A stretch of 64,000 bases of DNA from Chloroflexota bacterium (GCA_030550095.1 JAUQQA010000003.1:25108-89107); one strand, 5' to 3'; positions 10,545 to 20,533 are shown, counted from the first letter of the stretch. The notes: generated by a model not told the origin, from the sequence alone. Translations and numbers: made by a program.

Positions 10545-11993
10545 CTACGCCCTGCTGACCAGTTGCTTGCTGATTTGGTTGTGGCGCTCGATGACGGGTG
10601 GAAGGTCCAAAGTGGTGAGCTGTCCTTCTTGCACCACAACGCGCCCGTTGATCATGCTGAAGTCCACGCCGCGTGGCGCGCAGAACACAAGCGCCGCTAG
10701 CGGGTCATGGAGTGCGCCAGCGTACTCCACGCGGTGAAGGTCGAAAGCGATCAGATCGGCGCTATAGCCCGGCGCGATCTGCCCGATGTCGTCTCGACCG
10801 AGCACGGCTGCTCCACCGCGCGTGGCGAGCCAGAGCGTTTCGTAGGCGGAGATCGCGGTGCTTTCGTGCGCCTCGCTCCCGTGAAGCGCAAAGCTTTCGT
10901 CCATGACGCGTTGGAGCAATAGTGCTTGGCGCGCCTCAAGCAACATGTGGTTGCCGTCGTTGCTTGCGCTGCCGTCCACGCCCAGGCCCACCTTCACGCC
11001 CGCATTTAGCATCAACCGCACGGGCGCGATGCCGCTGGCGAGGCGCATGTTGCTGCTGGGGCAGTGCGCCACGCCACAACCGCACGCGCCCATGCGCTGC
11101 ACGTCCGCACGGCTGAAGTGCACGCCGTGCGCGTACCACACGTCGCTCCCCAACCATTCCACCTGCTCGGCATACTCAAGCGGGCGCACGCCGAAGCGCG
11201 CAAGGCAGAACGCCTCCTCGTCACGCGTCTCGGCGAGGTGGGTGTGCAGCATCACGCCGTAGTGCCGCGCCATGCGCGCGCTCTCGCGCATGAGGTCGGG
11301 TGTGACGCTAAACGGCGAGCACGGCGCTAGCGCAATGCGAAGCATCGCGTGGCGCGCGGGATCGTGATACTGCTCGATGACGCGCTGCGCATCGCGCAAG
11401 ATGTGGTCCTCGCGTTCGACGGCTTTGTCGGGCGGCAAGCCGCCTTGCGATTCGCCTAGCGACATGCTGCCGCGCGTGGCGTGAAAGCGGATGCCGATCG
11501 CGCGCGCGGCGCGGATTTCGTCGTCGAGGGTGCAATCGTTGGGGAAGATGTAGAGGTGATCGCTGGCGGTGGTGCAGCCGCTCAGCATCAACTCCGCTAA
11601 GCCGACGAGCGCGCTGGTGTAGATGGCTTCGCTGGTCAAACCTAGCCAGATCGGGTAGAGCGTCTTCAGCCAACGGAACAAGCCGCTGTCCTGCGCAAGG
11701 CAACGCGTGAGCGTCTGGAACAAGTGATGGTGCGTGTTGACCAAACCGGGCAACACGATGTGATGTGGAAAGCGCAACACGTGCGCGCTGCTGGGCAAGG
11801 TGTACGCCTCGCCGTTGGGCAAACGCACGTGTAGCCCCTCGCGCTGCACATCGCGCGCGGCGCCAACCCACGCGATCGCATTGTCCTTGACCAGCACTGC
11901 GGCATTGTGCAGCAAAGGCGCAGGCGCTGTGCGCGTGCCCTGCATTGTCGCAAGCACGTAGATGTCTGTGAGGAGGAACACCTTGCTGGTCAT
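10545..11993 (-). CDS. Amidohydrolase, 8-oxoguanine deaminase-like
   Basis: Metal-binding HxH in PGLVNTHHHLFQTLTR, then HLAET, GVDGSASND. Start chosen at MTSKVFLL (cat 11991-11993). The longer ORF start at 12029 abuts the tRNA-Cys. Confidence 0.8.
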   Translation of the reverse strand: MTSKVFLLTDIYVLATMQGTRTAPAPLLHNAAVLVKDNAIAWVGAARDVQREGLHVRLPNGEAYTLPSSAHVLRFPHHIVLPGLVNTHHHLFQTLTRCLAQDSGLFRWLKTLYPIWLGLTSEAIYTSALVGLAELMLSGCTTASDHLYIFPNDCTLDDEIRAARAIGIRFHATRGSMSLGESQGGLPPDKAVEREDHILRDAQRVIEQYHDPARHAMLRIALAPCSPFSVTPDLMRESARMARHYGVMLHTHLAETRDEEAFCLARFGVRPLEYAEQVEWLGSDVWYAHGVHFSRADVQRMGACGCGVAHCPSSNMRLASGIAPVRLMLNAGVKVGLGVDGSASNDGNHMLLEARQALLLQRVMDESFALHGSEAHESTAISAYETLWLATRGGAAVLGRDDIGQIAPGYSADLIAFDLHRVEYAGALHDPLAALVFCAPRGVDFSMINGRVVVQEGQLTTLDLPPVIERHNQISKQLVSRA

Positions 11994-12038
11994 AGAAACA
12001 AAGAAACCGATGAGCAGCAAGCCGCTCATCGGATCACA

Positions 12039-12110
12039 AGGCGACGGTGGGAATCGAACCCACGCATAAGGGTTTTGCAGACCCTCGCCTTACCACTTGG
12101 CCACGTCGCC
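12039..12110 (-). tRNA. tRNA-Cys (anticodon GCA)
   Basis: Reverse complement: GGCGACG TG GCC AAGTGGTAA GGC G AGGGT CTGCAAA ACCCT TATGC GTGGG TTCGATT CCCAC CGTCGCC T. The cloverleaf folds by hand: 7-bp acceptor, 5-bp anticodon and T stems, TTCGATT T-loop and U73 discriminator. CCA is not encoded. Confidence 0.9.
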
Positions 12111-12161
12111 AGCTACACATGATTGTAGCACAAACGTATAATCCCGCGCTGCTAAAGACCC

Positions 12162-14636
12162 ATGCGCGTGCCTATCTCGTGGCTCAAAGAGTTCGTTGAC
12201 CTCACGCTCCCCATCGAGACCCTCGCTGAGAAGCTCACGCTTGCTGGTTTGGAAGTCGAAGCCATTGAGTACATCGGCTTGCCCGGTAGTGAGCTGCCCT
12301 GGGACCGCGACAAGATCTTCGTCGCTCAAGTCCTCGAGGTGACGCGCCACCCCAACGCTGATCGCCTGTTGCTCGCAACGGTGGACTACGGCGCAGGCCA
12401 GCCGATCACTGTGGTCACTGGCGCGCCCAACCTAAAGCCGGGCGATCGCGGTCAAAAGGTGGTGTTGGCGTTGCGCGGCGCGCGCCTCTACGATGGTCAC
12501 AAAGAAGGGCGCGTGATCATGACGCTGAAGGAAGCAACGCTGCGCGGCATTAAGAACGACTCAATGGTGTGCAGCGAGAAAGAGCTGGGGCTGAGCGACG
12601 ACCACAGCGGTATTTTGATCCTGCCCGACGATGCGCCAGTGGGGATGCCGCTGGCAGATTATCTCGGCGACGCTGTGTTGCACATCGCCATTTTGCCCAA
12701 CATGGCGCGCTGCGCATCTATCCTCGGCGTGGCGCGCGAGGTCGCCGCGCTCACTGGGCAAACAGTGCGCTTGCCGCCGACGCACTACGTTGCCGAAGGC
12801 CCCGACGTGCACGCTAGCGTGCGCCTCAACATCACAGACGGCCAACTCAATCCGCGGTTCACGGCAACGGTCGTGCGCGGCGTGCGCGTGGGCGCTGCGC
12901 CGTTTTGGATGCAGCGCCGGCTCCAGTTGTGCGGAATGCGCCCCATCAACAACCTCGTGGACATCTCGAACTACGTGATGCTGGAGCTGGGCCAGCCCAA
13001 TCACCTCTTCGACTACCACGCTGTGAGACCTGATGCGGAAGGCTACCGCACGATCATCACGCGGCGCGCGCAGCCAGGTGAGACGTTGCAAACGCTCGAC
13101 GGCGTGACGCGCACGTTGCAGCCAGACGACATCCTCGTTTGCGATGCGCACGGCCCGCTTAGCCTTGCTGGTGTCATGGGTGGCGCAAGCAGCGAGGTGA
13201 CCGATGCAACAGACACGCTGCTCATCGAAGTCGCCACGTGGCACCCAGCTTCGATCCGCAAGACCGCACGCCATCACACCTTGTTCAGCGAAGCCTCGGC
13301 ACGGTTCGCGCGCGGCGTGCCGCCTGCGTTAGCGCCGTTCGCGCAGGCGCGGTTGCTGCACCTTGTGCAAACGCTCGTTGGCGGGACGATAGACCGCGGC
13401 ATGTGCGACGCTTACCCGAAGCCACAGCCCACTGTCACGGTGGATCTGCGCCCAGCGCGGGTGCGCCAGTTCCTCGGCGTTGATCTGCCGACTGAGACCA
13501 TGACGCACATCTTGCGCGCGCTCGAGTTCACCGTCGAAGAGCACGATGGCGTGCTGCGCGTCACCGCGCCCGACCATCGCTTGGACATCGAAGGTGAACA
13601 TGACCTTATCGAGGAGATCGCGCGCATCCACGGCTACGATGCACTCCCAGCGACGCTGATCGCGGAGAGCATCCCGCCAGCGCAGAGCGATCCTGCCCTG
13701 GCGTTCGAGGAGCAGGTGCGCGACTTGTTGGTGCGGCTTGGCTTGCAAGAAGTTGTCACTTATCGCCTCACCGCGCCCGAGCGCGAAGCGCGCACGCGCG
13801 CGCCAGATGCGCCCGCAGAAGAGGCGCTATACGTCGCGCTTGCCAACCCGTTGACGCCCGATCGACGCGTCATGCGCCGGTCGCTCATTGGCGGCATGCT
13901 CGAAGTGATCGGCGCCAATCTCCATCACCGCGAACGCTTGGCGTTGTTCGAGCTGGGGCCGGTGTATCACCCCGTGCCCGATGCGACGTTGCCGCATGAG
14001 CTGCCGCGCTTGCTGATCGCGCTCACAGGTCCGCGCGCGTTGCCGCACTGGGGCGGCGGCGATACGGCGCTGATGGACTTCTTCGACCTCAAAGGCGTGG
14101 TGAGTGCGCTGCTGCGCGATCTGCACATCCAAGGCGTGCGTTGGCAGCCAAGCACGCATCCTTCGCTCGCTCCGGGGCGCACGGCTGCGTTGGTGCAAGG
14201 CGCGCGTGTGCTCGGCGTAATCGGGGAACTGCACCCCGCCGTGCGCGAGGCGTGGGCGCTACCCAACCAACCTGTGCTCTTGGCGGACCTCGACGTAGCG
14301 GCGTTGCGCGAAGCCGTTGCTGCCGATTACACTGTCGCCGAAGTGCCGCGCTTCCCGGCAACGGTCGAGGACATCGCGGTGGTGGTGGATGAGCGCGTGA
14401 GCGCAGCCGAGGTGGAGCAGGTGATCCGCGAAGCAGGCGGCGCGTTGCTCTACGACGTGCGCTTGTTCGATGTGTATCGCGGCGAGCAAATCGGCGCGCA
14501 GCGCAAGAGCCTTGCTTGGTCGCTTACCTACCAGGCGCCCGATCGCACGCTGAGCACGAAGGAAGTGGAGCGCGTGCGCAACAAGATCATCCGCGCCCTT
14601 GAGGCGCGCCTCGGCGCTGCGTTGCGCCAAGCATAG
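12162..14636 (+). CDS. pheT: Phenylalanine--tRNA ligase beta subunit
   Basis: 824 aa. N-terminus MRVPISWLKEFVDL, tRNA-binding domain, B3/4 and B5 domains, and a C-terminal FDX-ACB-like domain (FDVYRGEQIGAQRKSLAWSLTYQAPDRTL). Confidence 0.95.
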   Translation: MRVPISWLKEFVDLTLPIETLAEKLTLAGLEVEAIEYIGLPGSELPWDRDKIFVAQVLEVTRHPNADRLLLATVDYGAGQPITVVTGAPNLKPGDRGQKVVLALRGARLYDGHKEGRVIMTLKEATLRGIKNDSMVCSEKELGLSDDHSGILILPDDAPVGMPLADYLGDAVLHIAILPNMARCASILGVAREVAALTGQTVRLPPTHYVAEGPDVHASVRLNITDGQLNPRFTATVVRGVRVGAAPFWMQRRLQLCGMRPINNLVDISNYVMLELGQPNHLFDYHAVRPDAEGYRTIITRRAQPGETLQTLDGVTRTLQPDDILVCDAHGPLSLAGVMGGASSEVTDATDTLLIEVATWHPASIRKTARHHTLFSEASARFARGVPPALAPFAQARLLHLVQTLVGGTIDRGMCDAYPKPQPTVTVDLRPARVRQFLGVDLPTETMTHILRALEFTVEEHDGVLRVTAPDHRLDIEGEHDLIEEIARIHGYDALPATLIAESIPPAQSDPALAFEEQVRDLLVRLGLQEVVTYRLTAPEREARTRAPDAPAEEALYVALANPLTPDRRVMRRSLIGGMLEVIGANLHHRERLALFELGPVYHPVPDATLPHELPRLLIALTGPRALPHWGGGDTALMDFFDLKGVVSALLRDLHIQGVRWQPSTHPSLAPGRTAALVQGARVLGVIGELHPAVREAWALPNQPVLLADLDVAALREAVAADYTVAEVPRFPATVEDIAVVVDERVSAAEVEQVIREAGGALLYDVRLFDVYRGEQIGAQRKSLAWSLTYQAPDRTLSTKEVERVRNKIIRALEARLGAALRQA

Positions 14637-14671
14637 GCCCAGCTAGGGCAGCGCACGTATGAGCGGTGCAC

Positions 14672-15109
14672 TCAATTGCCAGTGACGATGGGAAAGCCGG
14701 CAGCAGCCCACTGCCGCAAACCACCGCGCATGCTGGTGACCTGTGTGAAACCCGCGCGGCGCAAGATATCGCGCCCCTCCTGACTGCGGTTGCCCGATCG
14801 GCAAACCACCACTACTGGGCGATCGCGCGGCACTTCATTCACGCGCTGCGCAAGTTGGCTGAGCGGGATCAACATTGCTCCAGGAATGCGCACAGCTTCC
14901 CACTCGAACGGCTCGCGCACATCAAGGAGCAACGCGCCTTGCTCTTGAAGCGCGCGCGCCTCTTGCACGTTGACCTCGAGCGGAAGCGCTTGAACCTGCG
15001 CAGGTTGAGAAACGTTCCCTTGGGGCGCTGGTGCGCTGTTTCCTCCACACGCTGCAATCACTAAGCTCGCCCCTAAAGCCGCAAAGATAACACGCAACGT
15101 TCTAGCCAT
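14672..15109 (-). CDS. Rhodanese-domain lipoprotein (sulfurtransferase-like)
   Basis: 145 aa. Signal plus lipobox LVIAACGG, and the rhodanese active-site loop VVVCRSGNRS. Confidence 0.85.
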   Translation of the reverse strand: MARTLRVIFAALGASLVIAACGGNSAPAPQGNVSQPAQVQALPLEVNVQEARALQEQGALLLDVREPFEWEAVRIPGAMLIPLSQLAQRVNEVPRDRPVVVVCRSGNRSQEGRDILRRAGFTQVTSMRGGLRQWAAAGFPIVTGN

Positions 15110-15151
15110 ACTCCTGTGGTTAGATGATGCGACAAGGCTGGCGTTACGCGT

Positions 15152-16582
15152 TCATAGGCGGCGCCGGCGCCTGAGCGCCAACGTGAATGCGCCTATCGCG
15201 CCGAGGCCAAGCATTGCGCCGCCTGCAACACGAAGGACCAAGCCCCAATCGAGAGCAGGGAACGCTTGTCCCGTTCGCGTCTCCGTGGGGCGAGTGATGG
15301 TGGTATCGCCCTTGCGGCGCACACCGAGCGCGAAGGTGGCGCGGTTGCCGTTGAGGGTAAGCGTGTCGCTGCGCGGTGTGGTGGTGACGTAGAGGTCTAA
15401 TACCTTTGCCTCGACTACGTAAGTGCCGTTGGGGAGATTTTGAAAGCAATAAGGCTCATCGAGGCCGTTCGTCCTGTACTGCGCGATGCCTTGCTCGCCT
15501 GCGCGCACCTCGAAGAGGATGTTGGGCACCAAGTCCTCGCCCTCCTCGCGTTGCCCGCTTGCGTCGTCGTCAAAAAACGCCTGCACGCATAGCTCCCCAA
15601 CGGTTGGTGTGCCGACGACGATCTCCAAGGGGGCGCCTGTCGCTTGTGCGGTCGGCGCTGGGGTTGGGGTGGGGAGGAGAGCGGCGCGCTTGATCACCAA
15701 CACGGTGCCGATCTGGAGCAACTCGGGTTGCACCCCCGGGTTGTTGCGCAGCAACTCTTCCACCGTCGTGCCGTATGCAAGGGCAATGCCGCTCAGCGTT
15801 TCGTTTGGCTTCACGGTGTGGGTGATGTCTGCGGTGAGCGGTTCGGGCGTCGGTGTTGCGGCAGCGCTGGCGGTGCCTTCACCTATTGGTAGGGTTGGCG
15901 TTGGCTCGGGGAGGAGCACCTCCACTGTGAAGTTATCCCAGTAAATCTCGTTGTTGCGCACAGGGTCTTTCATCGAGGCGTAGGTGAACAGGACGATGGA
16001 TTCGCTGCGTGCCTCTGCCTCAACGCTGAGCTGCACCCATTGGTCTAGCGGGGATTGCTCTGGCGCGCGCACCACCTGACCGCTGAGCGGGCTGGGCGTG
16101 CCGTTGCCGCCGAGCGGGTCAATGCCGATGCTCACCTGCACCTCGCGCGAGGGGCGCGCGGAGATCGGGCTGTCGTCGTTTGTGGACCAAGCGCGTGCCC
16201 AAGCCGTGAAGCGGATGCGCGTGCCGGGCTGAACCCCTGTGACGACGCGGTACAAGCCGCCGCTGAATGTGGCGTAGCGCGCGCGCATGCGCTGGGCGGC
16301 GTTGCCTTCGTAAGGCGCAATGGTCCATCGGTCGAACACAGGGCGCTCGTTCACGTTTGGGGGATCGTTTTCGGCGCGCGGCGTGAACCAAACGCCCCAG
16401 CCCTCTGGCACCTCACAGCCACCTTCTCGGCAGAAGGGATCGTTTTTGAAGGCGCCCTCGAAGGTCTCGCGCAGCAGCACGTTGGCTTGCCGCGCGTGAA
16501 GCGTCTGCAGCGAGAGCATCAGCGTGCCTAACAAAGAGATAGCAGCGATGCGCGCGATGACGCTGCGGATAGGTCCATGCAT
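15152..16582 (-). CDS. Envelope protein: CBM-like jelly-roll + LysM + SdrD-B/Cna-B-like domain + C-terminal TM anchor
   Basis: 476 aa. N-terminal signal, LysM (TVKPNETLSGIALAYGTTVEELLRNNPG), a Pro/Thr linker, a beta-sandwich segment (NGTYVVEAKV), and a C-terminal hydrophobic span followed by RRRRRL. Lies 4 nt downstream of the GT39 gene. Confidence 0.75.
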   Translation of the reverse strand: MHGPIRSVIARIAAISLLGTLMLSLQTLHARQANVLLRETFEGAFKNDPFCREGGCEVPEGWGVWFTPRAENDPPNVNERPVFDRWTIAPYEGNAAQRMRARYATFSGGLYRVVTGVQPGTRIRFTAWARAWSTNDDSPISARPSREVQVSIGIDPLGGNGTPSPLSGQVVRAPEQSPLDQWVQLSVEAEARSESIVLFTYASMKDPVRNNEIYWDNFTVEVLLPEPTPTLPIGEGTASAAATPTPEPLTADITHTVKPNETLSGIALAYGTTVEELLRNNPGVQPELLQIGTVLVIKRAALLPTPTPAPTAQATGAPLEIVVGTPTVGELCVQAFFDDDASGQREEGEDLVPNILFEVRAGEQGIAQYRTNGLDEPYCFQNLPNGTYVVEAKVLDLYVTTTPRSDTLTLNGNRATFALGVRRKGDTTITRPTETRTGQAFPALDWGLVLRVAGGAMLGLGAIGAFTLALRRRRRL

Positions 16583-16586
16583 GGCG

Positions 16587-18521
16587 TTAGCGGGTGGGAA
16601 TGATAACGGAGTCGCCCTGGAGCTCGCCTTGTGCCGTGAAGACAGGCAAGCGCTGCAGGTCGGCGCGCCGGTACATGCCCACGGCGATCGTGACCGAAGA
16701 CGCCGAAGCAGGCAAGCGCAGCACGTAGCGATCGCGGATCACGTCGCCAGGGCGCCAGAAGTAGGTGGGCAGATAGCCTTGTCCGGGCGTGCTGTCGGCT
16801 TGTGCGATGAGCCGACCGTCTTGCAGCGCGTGGACAAACACAGCGAGGTCGTCCACGACGGGTTGACGCGCACGCCAAGCCAACGTGACGATGGAGGTGT
16901 GCGCGTCGCTGGCGTCTTGTGCGAGGTTTGCCTCGAGCAGTTCGACGGCGTTGCCGAGGCGCCAAGAAGCAGCGCGCGCGGGTGCAGGCGCAAACGACAC
17001 AGCGACGAAGGCGCGGCGCGGCTCAGGGTCGCGATCGTTCTGAGCCATGGGTCCGAGCGTGAGGCTGAGTTGCGCAGGCGAGGGCAGCGCGTTGCGCAAT
17101 GCCGTCCAATCGTGGTTTGGGTCCACGAGCAACACACCACGCTCGGCGCGCATGGGAAACTCGAAGTAGAGCCCCATGTCGCCTACGTAGTCCGCCGCGG
17201 GCGCAATGAAGCGTAGGGTTGGTGAGTCAGACATCAGGCGGCGATCCAACAGCACGCGCTGTTGTTGCTCAAGCGCGTGGTTGATCGTGTGCCCCAACAC
17301 GACCTCCTGCGCCTCGAACCAATAAGCGGTCAGTGGGCGATGCACATAGTCACCGAAGTAATCGCGGAAGGTTTTAACGCCGCCGAACAAGAGCGGCACC
17401 AGCGCCACAACCCATCCCAGCGCGGCAGCGTGATGTGGTGCAAGGCGGCGTTGTATGAGCGCATCGGTCGTGCTTTGGCGCAGTGCGTCCAGTCCGAGCG
17501 CAGCGAGTAGGCCTGCTGCGGGCAAAGCGCCCACTGCGCGCAAGAAGTGCGGCGCATCCACAGCGAGCAAAGTGGGCAGCAGGAACAGCGCCAGCCACGC
17601 AAGCAACGCGCGGCTTGCGGTCGTGCCTCGGCGCGCGGCAACATACAAACCCAACACAAAGCCGATCGCCAAAGCAGGGTCAAAGACAGGGCGCCCAGGC
17701 AGGTTGTGGCGCCAGATGGTGTCGCCTGCGACGAAGAACATGCCGAGTGCCCGGAGCGCGTTTTCGGCAAGCGCGAGCCATGGTGCTGCATCGCCTTCGC
17801 TCAGGATCGAGACCTGCGTCGGGCGAGTGAGGAGCAGCGGGGCATGGCGCAGCGTCCACGCGCCAAAAGGAAAAAGCACGGCGAGCGCTGCCGCCCCAAA
17901 GGACATCCCAACGCGCCAGTCGTGCCGTGATTCGCGGACGACGAGCGGTAGCATGAGCGGCACGATGAGGGGCGCGGCAGCGTAGGTGTAGAACGTCAAA
18001 CCGAACGCGCCGCCAGCCAGCGCTGCCCAGCGGTAACGGCGCAGCGGATCGTGCGCGCGCCTTGCAAGAAACCAAGCTGCCATTGTCACCGCAAGCGCAG
18101 GCGGCAACGTGATGGCGCGGAAGGCGGTGCGGCTGAGCGCAAGGTGCCAAAACGTAACAGCGATGACCGCTGCTGCAAGCAAGCCCAGGCGCGGTGAGAA
18201 CATCGCGCGCCCAGCGGCGTATACAGCTGCAAGTGTCAGCACACCGAAGAGTGAAGCGGTCCATCGCAGCGCTTCGGGCGTACGCCCGAGCACGGCGATG
18301 CTCGGAGCGAGCGCGTAAATGAACAACGCCTCACGCCCATTGTTGGCGACAAAGAAGACCGAGAGATCGCCCGCCAGGAGGTGTGTTGCGTCAATGCCAT
18401 AAAACGCCTCGTCGCGGTACAGCCCCGGCGGCAATTTGCCCACGTTCGTCCAACGCAGCGCCGCGCCCGCCCACAACACCACAAACAGCGCAGCGATGTG
18501 CCGAAGCGGAAGTCTGCTCAT
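16587..18521 (-). CDS. GT-C fold glycosyltransferase, family 39 / ArnT-like (paralog A)
   Basis: 644 aa. N-terminus with GLYRDEAFYGIDA (PMT/ArnT-type first-loop acidic motif), about 11 TM spans, and a C-terminal soluble beta-rich module. Its start overlaps the FIST stop (ATGA at 18518-18521). Confidence 0.8.
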   Translation of the reverse strand: MSRLPLRHIAALFVVLWAGAALRWTNVGKLPPGLYRDEAFYGIDATHLLAGDLSVFFVANNGREALFIYALAPSIAVLGRTPEALRWTASLFGVLTLAAVYAAGRAMFSPRLGLLAAAVIAVTFWHLALSRTAFRAITLPPALAVTMAAWFLARRAHDPLRRYRWAALAGGAFGLTFYTYAAAPLIVPLMLPLVVRESRHDWRVGMSFGAAALAVLFPFGAWTLRHAPLLLTRPTQVSILSEGDAAPWLALAENALRALGMFFVAGDTIWRHNLPGRPVFDPALAIGFVLGLYVAARRGTTASRALLAWLALFLLPTLLAVDAPHFLRAVGALPAAGLLAALGLDALRQSTTDALIQRRLAPHHAAALGWVVALVPLLFGGVKTFRDYFGDYVHRPLTAYWFEAQEVVLGHTINHALEQQQRVLLDRRLMSDSPTLRFIAPAADYVGDMGLYFEFPMRAERGVLLVDPNHDWTALRNALPSPAQLSLTLGPMAQNDRDPEPRRAFVAVSFAPAPARAASWRLGNAVELLEANLAQDASDAHTSIVTLAWRARQPVVDDLAVFVHALQDGRLIAQADSTPGQGYLPTYFWRPGDVIRDRYVLRLPASASSVTIAVGMYRRADLQRLPVFTAQGELQGDSVIIPTR

Positions 18522-19801
18522 GCGCGCGTGGAACGGAAGATGGCGAGCGCTGCCGTGTAGCTGTGCAAGAAGTTTTGCCCGCGAATGGGCCCAATTTCGC
18601 CGTTGCAGAAGAAACCTGCCAATGGCACAGGGTGGGCATCGTCTTCGCCGCTAAGCGCTGCTTGGATCACGCGCACATCACCATCTGCGTGGGGATACAA
18701 GCGCGTGCCGCGGCCGTTACACGCAAACAGCAACACCCCTTGCGGCGGTTCAAGCAGCGCATGTGGCGCGAGCAGCATCTCCAGGTCCTCTTGTGCGGTT
18801 GAGGCGTCGCGCAAGTGAAATTGCACGATGTCTCCCACCTCAAGCAGGTCGCCCACTGCGATTGCCCCTGTGTTGGGGTCGCCGCCGAGCACGTTGCGCA
18901 CGACGAAGTCGCCACGTCCGAAGCCGGCATACGGCGGGTGCGCTTCTGATTGCACTAACCGACCGATGAGCAAACTGCCTGCGAGGCGTTTTTGTTCGGC
19001 GCGGCTCAAGCTCTCGATAAGCGTCTCGAGTTGCTCCAGCGGCGGGTTGTTGTCCAGCTCTAGGATGAAGTGCTGATACGTGCGCGTAACGCGAAAGGGA
19101 CGGCCGATGGGGCGGCATCCCTGCGAAACCACGAGGTCCACTTGCACGTCCCCTTCGAGGGCGAGCCCCACTGCGCCGCCACGCAGCACCTCACGGTTGA
19201 GCACCAACGTGTTGCTGCCTGGACTGGTCCCGCCGCTGGCTACGCCTCCGATTGCGGGCACGCCGGCGTAGAAACGGTTGAAGGCGTCCAACACGCCCAA
19301 GTAGTGAGGCGGTCGCCCACTGAGGGGCACCGTGAAAGGATCGGCTAGCAGGATGAACAGCTGAGGGGTTTTGGCGCCGACGACGTGCTCACGAAAAGCG
19401 TGGCCTGAGCTTAAGATTGTGCTCCACTCCGCAGCGCTGTGCGCTTGCAAGGCAAACGTTTGCGCGCGTACGTGCGGCGTGCGCGCTGCAAACAGCGCGA
19501 CCGCTGGGCGCTGTTCGAGCTCTCGCGTTGTTGCGATGACCGACTCGGCGCTGCAGCCGATGAGCGAAGGGTAGCCGAGCGCTTCGCAAAGCTCATTGGC
19601 GAGCTGCTCTGCCATCGGCACGAAGTGCGCCGTGAAGAAGAACACCGCCCAATCGAATGGCGGTGCTACAGGTAGCTGCCTGAGCAGCAGCGCGGCGAGC
19701 GTTGCGGGATCGCAGCGCTCGGGCAATTCGCCGCGCGCGACGAGGTCCTCATCGGTCACGTGAGCGGCGACAAAGCGCGTAGCCGCAGCCATACGCGGCA
19801 T
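18518..19801 (-). CDS. FIST-domain (FIST_N + FIST_C) sensory protein
   Basis: FIST_C-like LFACNGRGTRLY and GFFCNGEIGP. Start is uncertain, with candidates at 19792, 19801, 19822 and 19870. The longest form overlaps the IS-remnant reading frame, so I chose 19801. Confidence 0.72.
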   Translation of the reverse strand: MPRMAAATRFVAAHVTDEDLVARGELPERCDPATLAALLLRQLPVAPPFDWAVFFFTAHFVPMAEQLANELCEALGYPSLIGCSAESVIATTRELEQRPAVALFAARTPHVRAQTFALQAHSAAEWSTILSSGHAFREHVVGAKTPQLFILLADPFTVPLSGRPPHYLGVLDAFNRFYAGVPAIGGVASGGTSPGSNTLVLNREVLRGGAVGLALEGDVQVDLVVSQGCRPIGRPFRVTRTYQHFILELDNNPPLEQLETLIESLSRAEQKRLAGSLLIGRLVQSEAHPPYAGFGRGDFVVRNVLGGDPNTGAIAVGDLLEVGDIVQFHLRDASTAQEDLEMLLAPHALLEPPQGVLLFACNGRGTRLYPHADGDVRVIQAALSGEDDAHPVPLAGFFCNGEIGPIRGQNFLHSYTAALAIFRSTRA

Positions 19802-19821
19802 TGTAGCAAGAGGTTTTTCCA

Positions 19822-20335
19822 TCAAGCGCGTTGGGGAAACGCAGATGCTTCCGCCGCGTGCGAGAAGCATCGCGTTCGCCGTGCCGGCCGTTTCAGATAG
19901 CGCCGCAGCTCAGCGTTGTTCCCCTCAACCGAGTAGGTCTGCGATTTCCCCTCTGCCACCACATGACCGCTGCTCTGAGCAGTGCCACCAGCATCTGCGG
20001 CGCTCCACTCACCAACGGCTGAAGCGCCTGCGGGCTAAGCGCATGCATTACCACGAAGCTGGCAAGCTAGCTGCTTCGTTCAACGCAGGCGGCAAGGTAG
20101 AGCGATGCTTTTTGGTATGCCGCTTGTCCAACTCGGCGATGCGCTCACGGTCACAGGTCGGCAGCACCGGTCACCCTTGCGATTTGTCTTGCGTTGCTGC
20201 TGCCTTGACCCAGTTGGCGACGGTTTGGTGGTTAATCTTCAACGCGCGCGATGCTGCGATTGCTGTGCCCGTTCACTGCCATGGCGACAGCCTGCTGGTG
20301 TGGGGCAATGTTGTAGCCACGCGGTTTGGGGTTAG
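19822..20335 (-). pseudogene. Degraded IS1-family-like transposase remnant (HTH N-terminus + internally deleted, frame-disrupted C-terminus)
   Basis: Reverse-strand translations: PKPRGYNIAPHQQAVAMAVNGHSNRSIARALKINHQTVANWVKAAATQDKSQG* (HTH), then PVLPTCDRERIAELDKRHTKKHRSTL...*. In another frame: HVVAEGKSQTYSVEGNNAELRRYLKRPARRTRCFSHAAEA...*. This matches my recollection of the conserved IS1-type C-terminal pattern (xEgxNxxLRxxLxRLxRKTxCFS). There are stops and frame changes between the pieces. The family assignment is from memory, not from a search. Confidence 0.5.
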
Positions 20336-20414
20336 GTGTGTGGGAAGCAATTCTTCGTTCCCACTAGCGCCGCCAACGAGAACCGCAAATCTAACGGTGC
20401 GTCGTGGATGTCCC

Positions 20415-20442
20415 TTGACAGGGAGGCGTATTGGCGTATAAT
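20415..20442 (+). promoter_or_regulatory. Consensus sigma-70-type promoter for tRNA-Met
   Basis: TTGACA (20415-20420), a 16-bp spacer, then TATAAT (20437-20442). The mature tRNA 5' end is at 20454, 11 nt downstream. Confidence 0.6.
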
Positions 20443-20453
20443 ACGCGGCGCGC

Positions 20454-20525
<72 letters not shown>

Positions 20526-20533
20526 CTGCCGAG

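Noticed and set aside
19845-20441. 198-aa + strand ORF filling the FIST-tRNA gap
   Set aside because: It has no motifs and a Cys/Arg/Ser-rich composition. The reverse strand shows recognisable IS1-like transposase fragments. Its 3' end would also run through the tRNA promoter.
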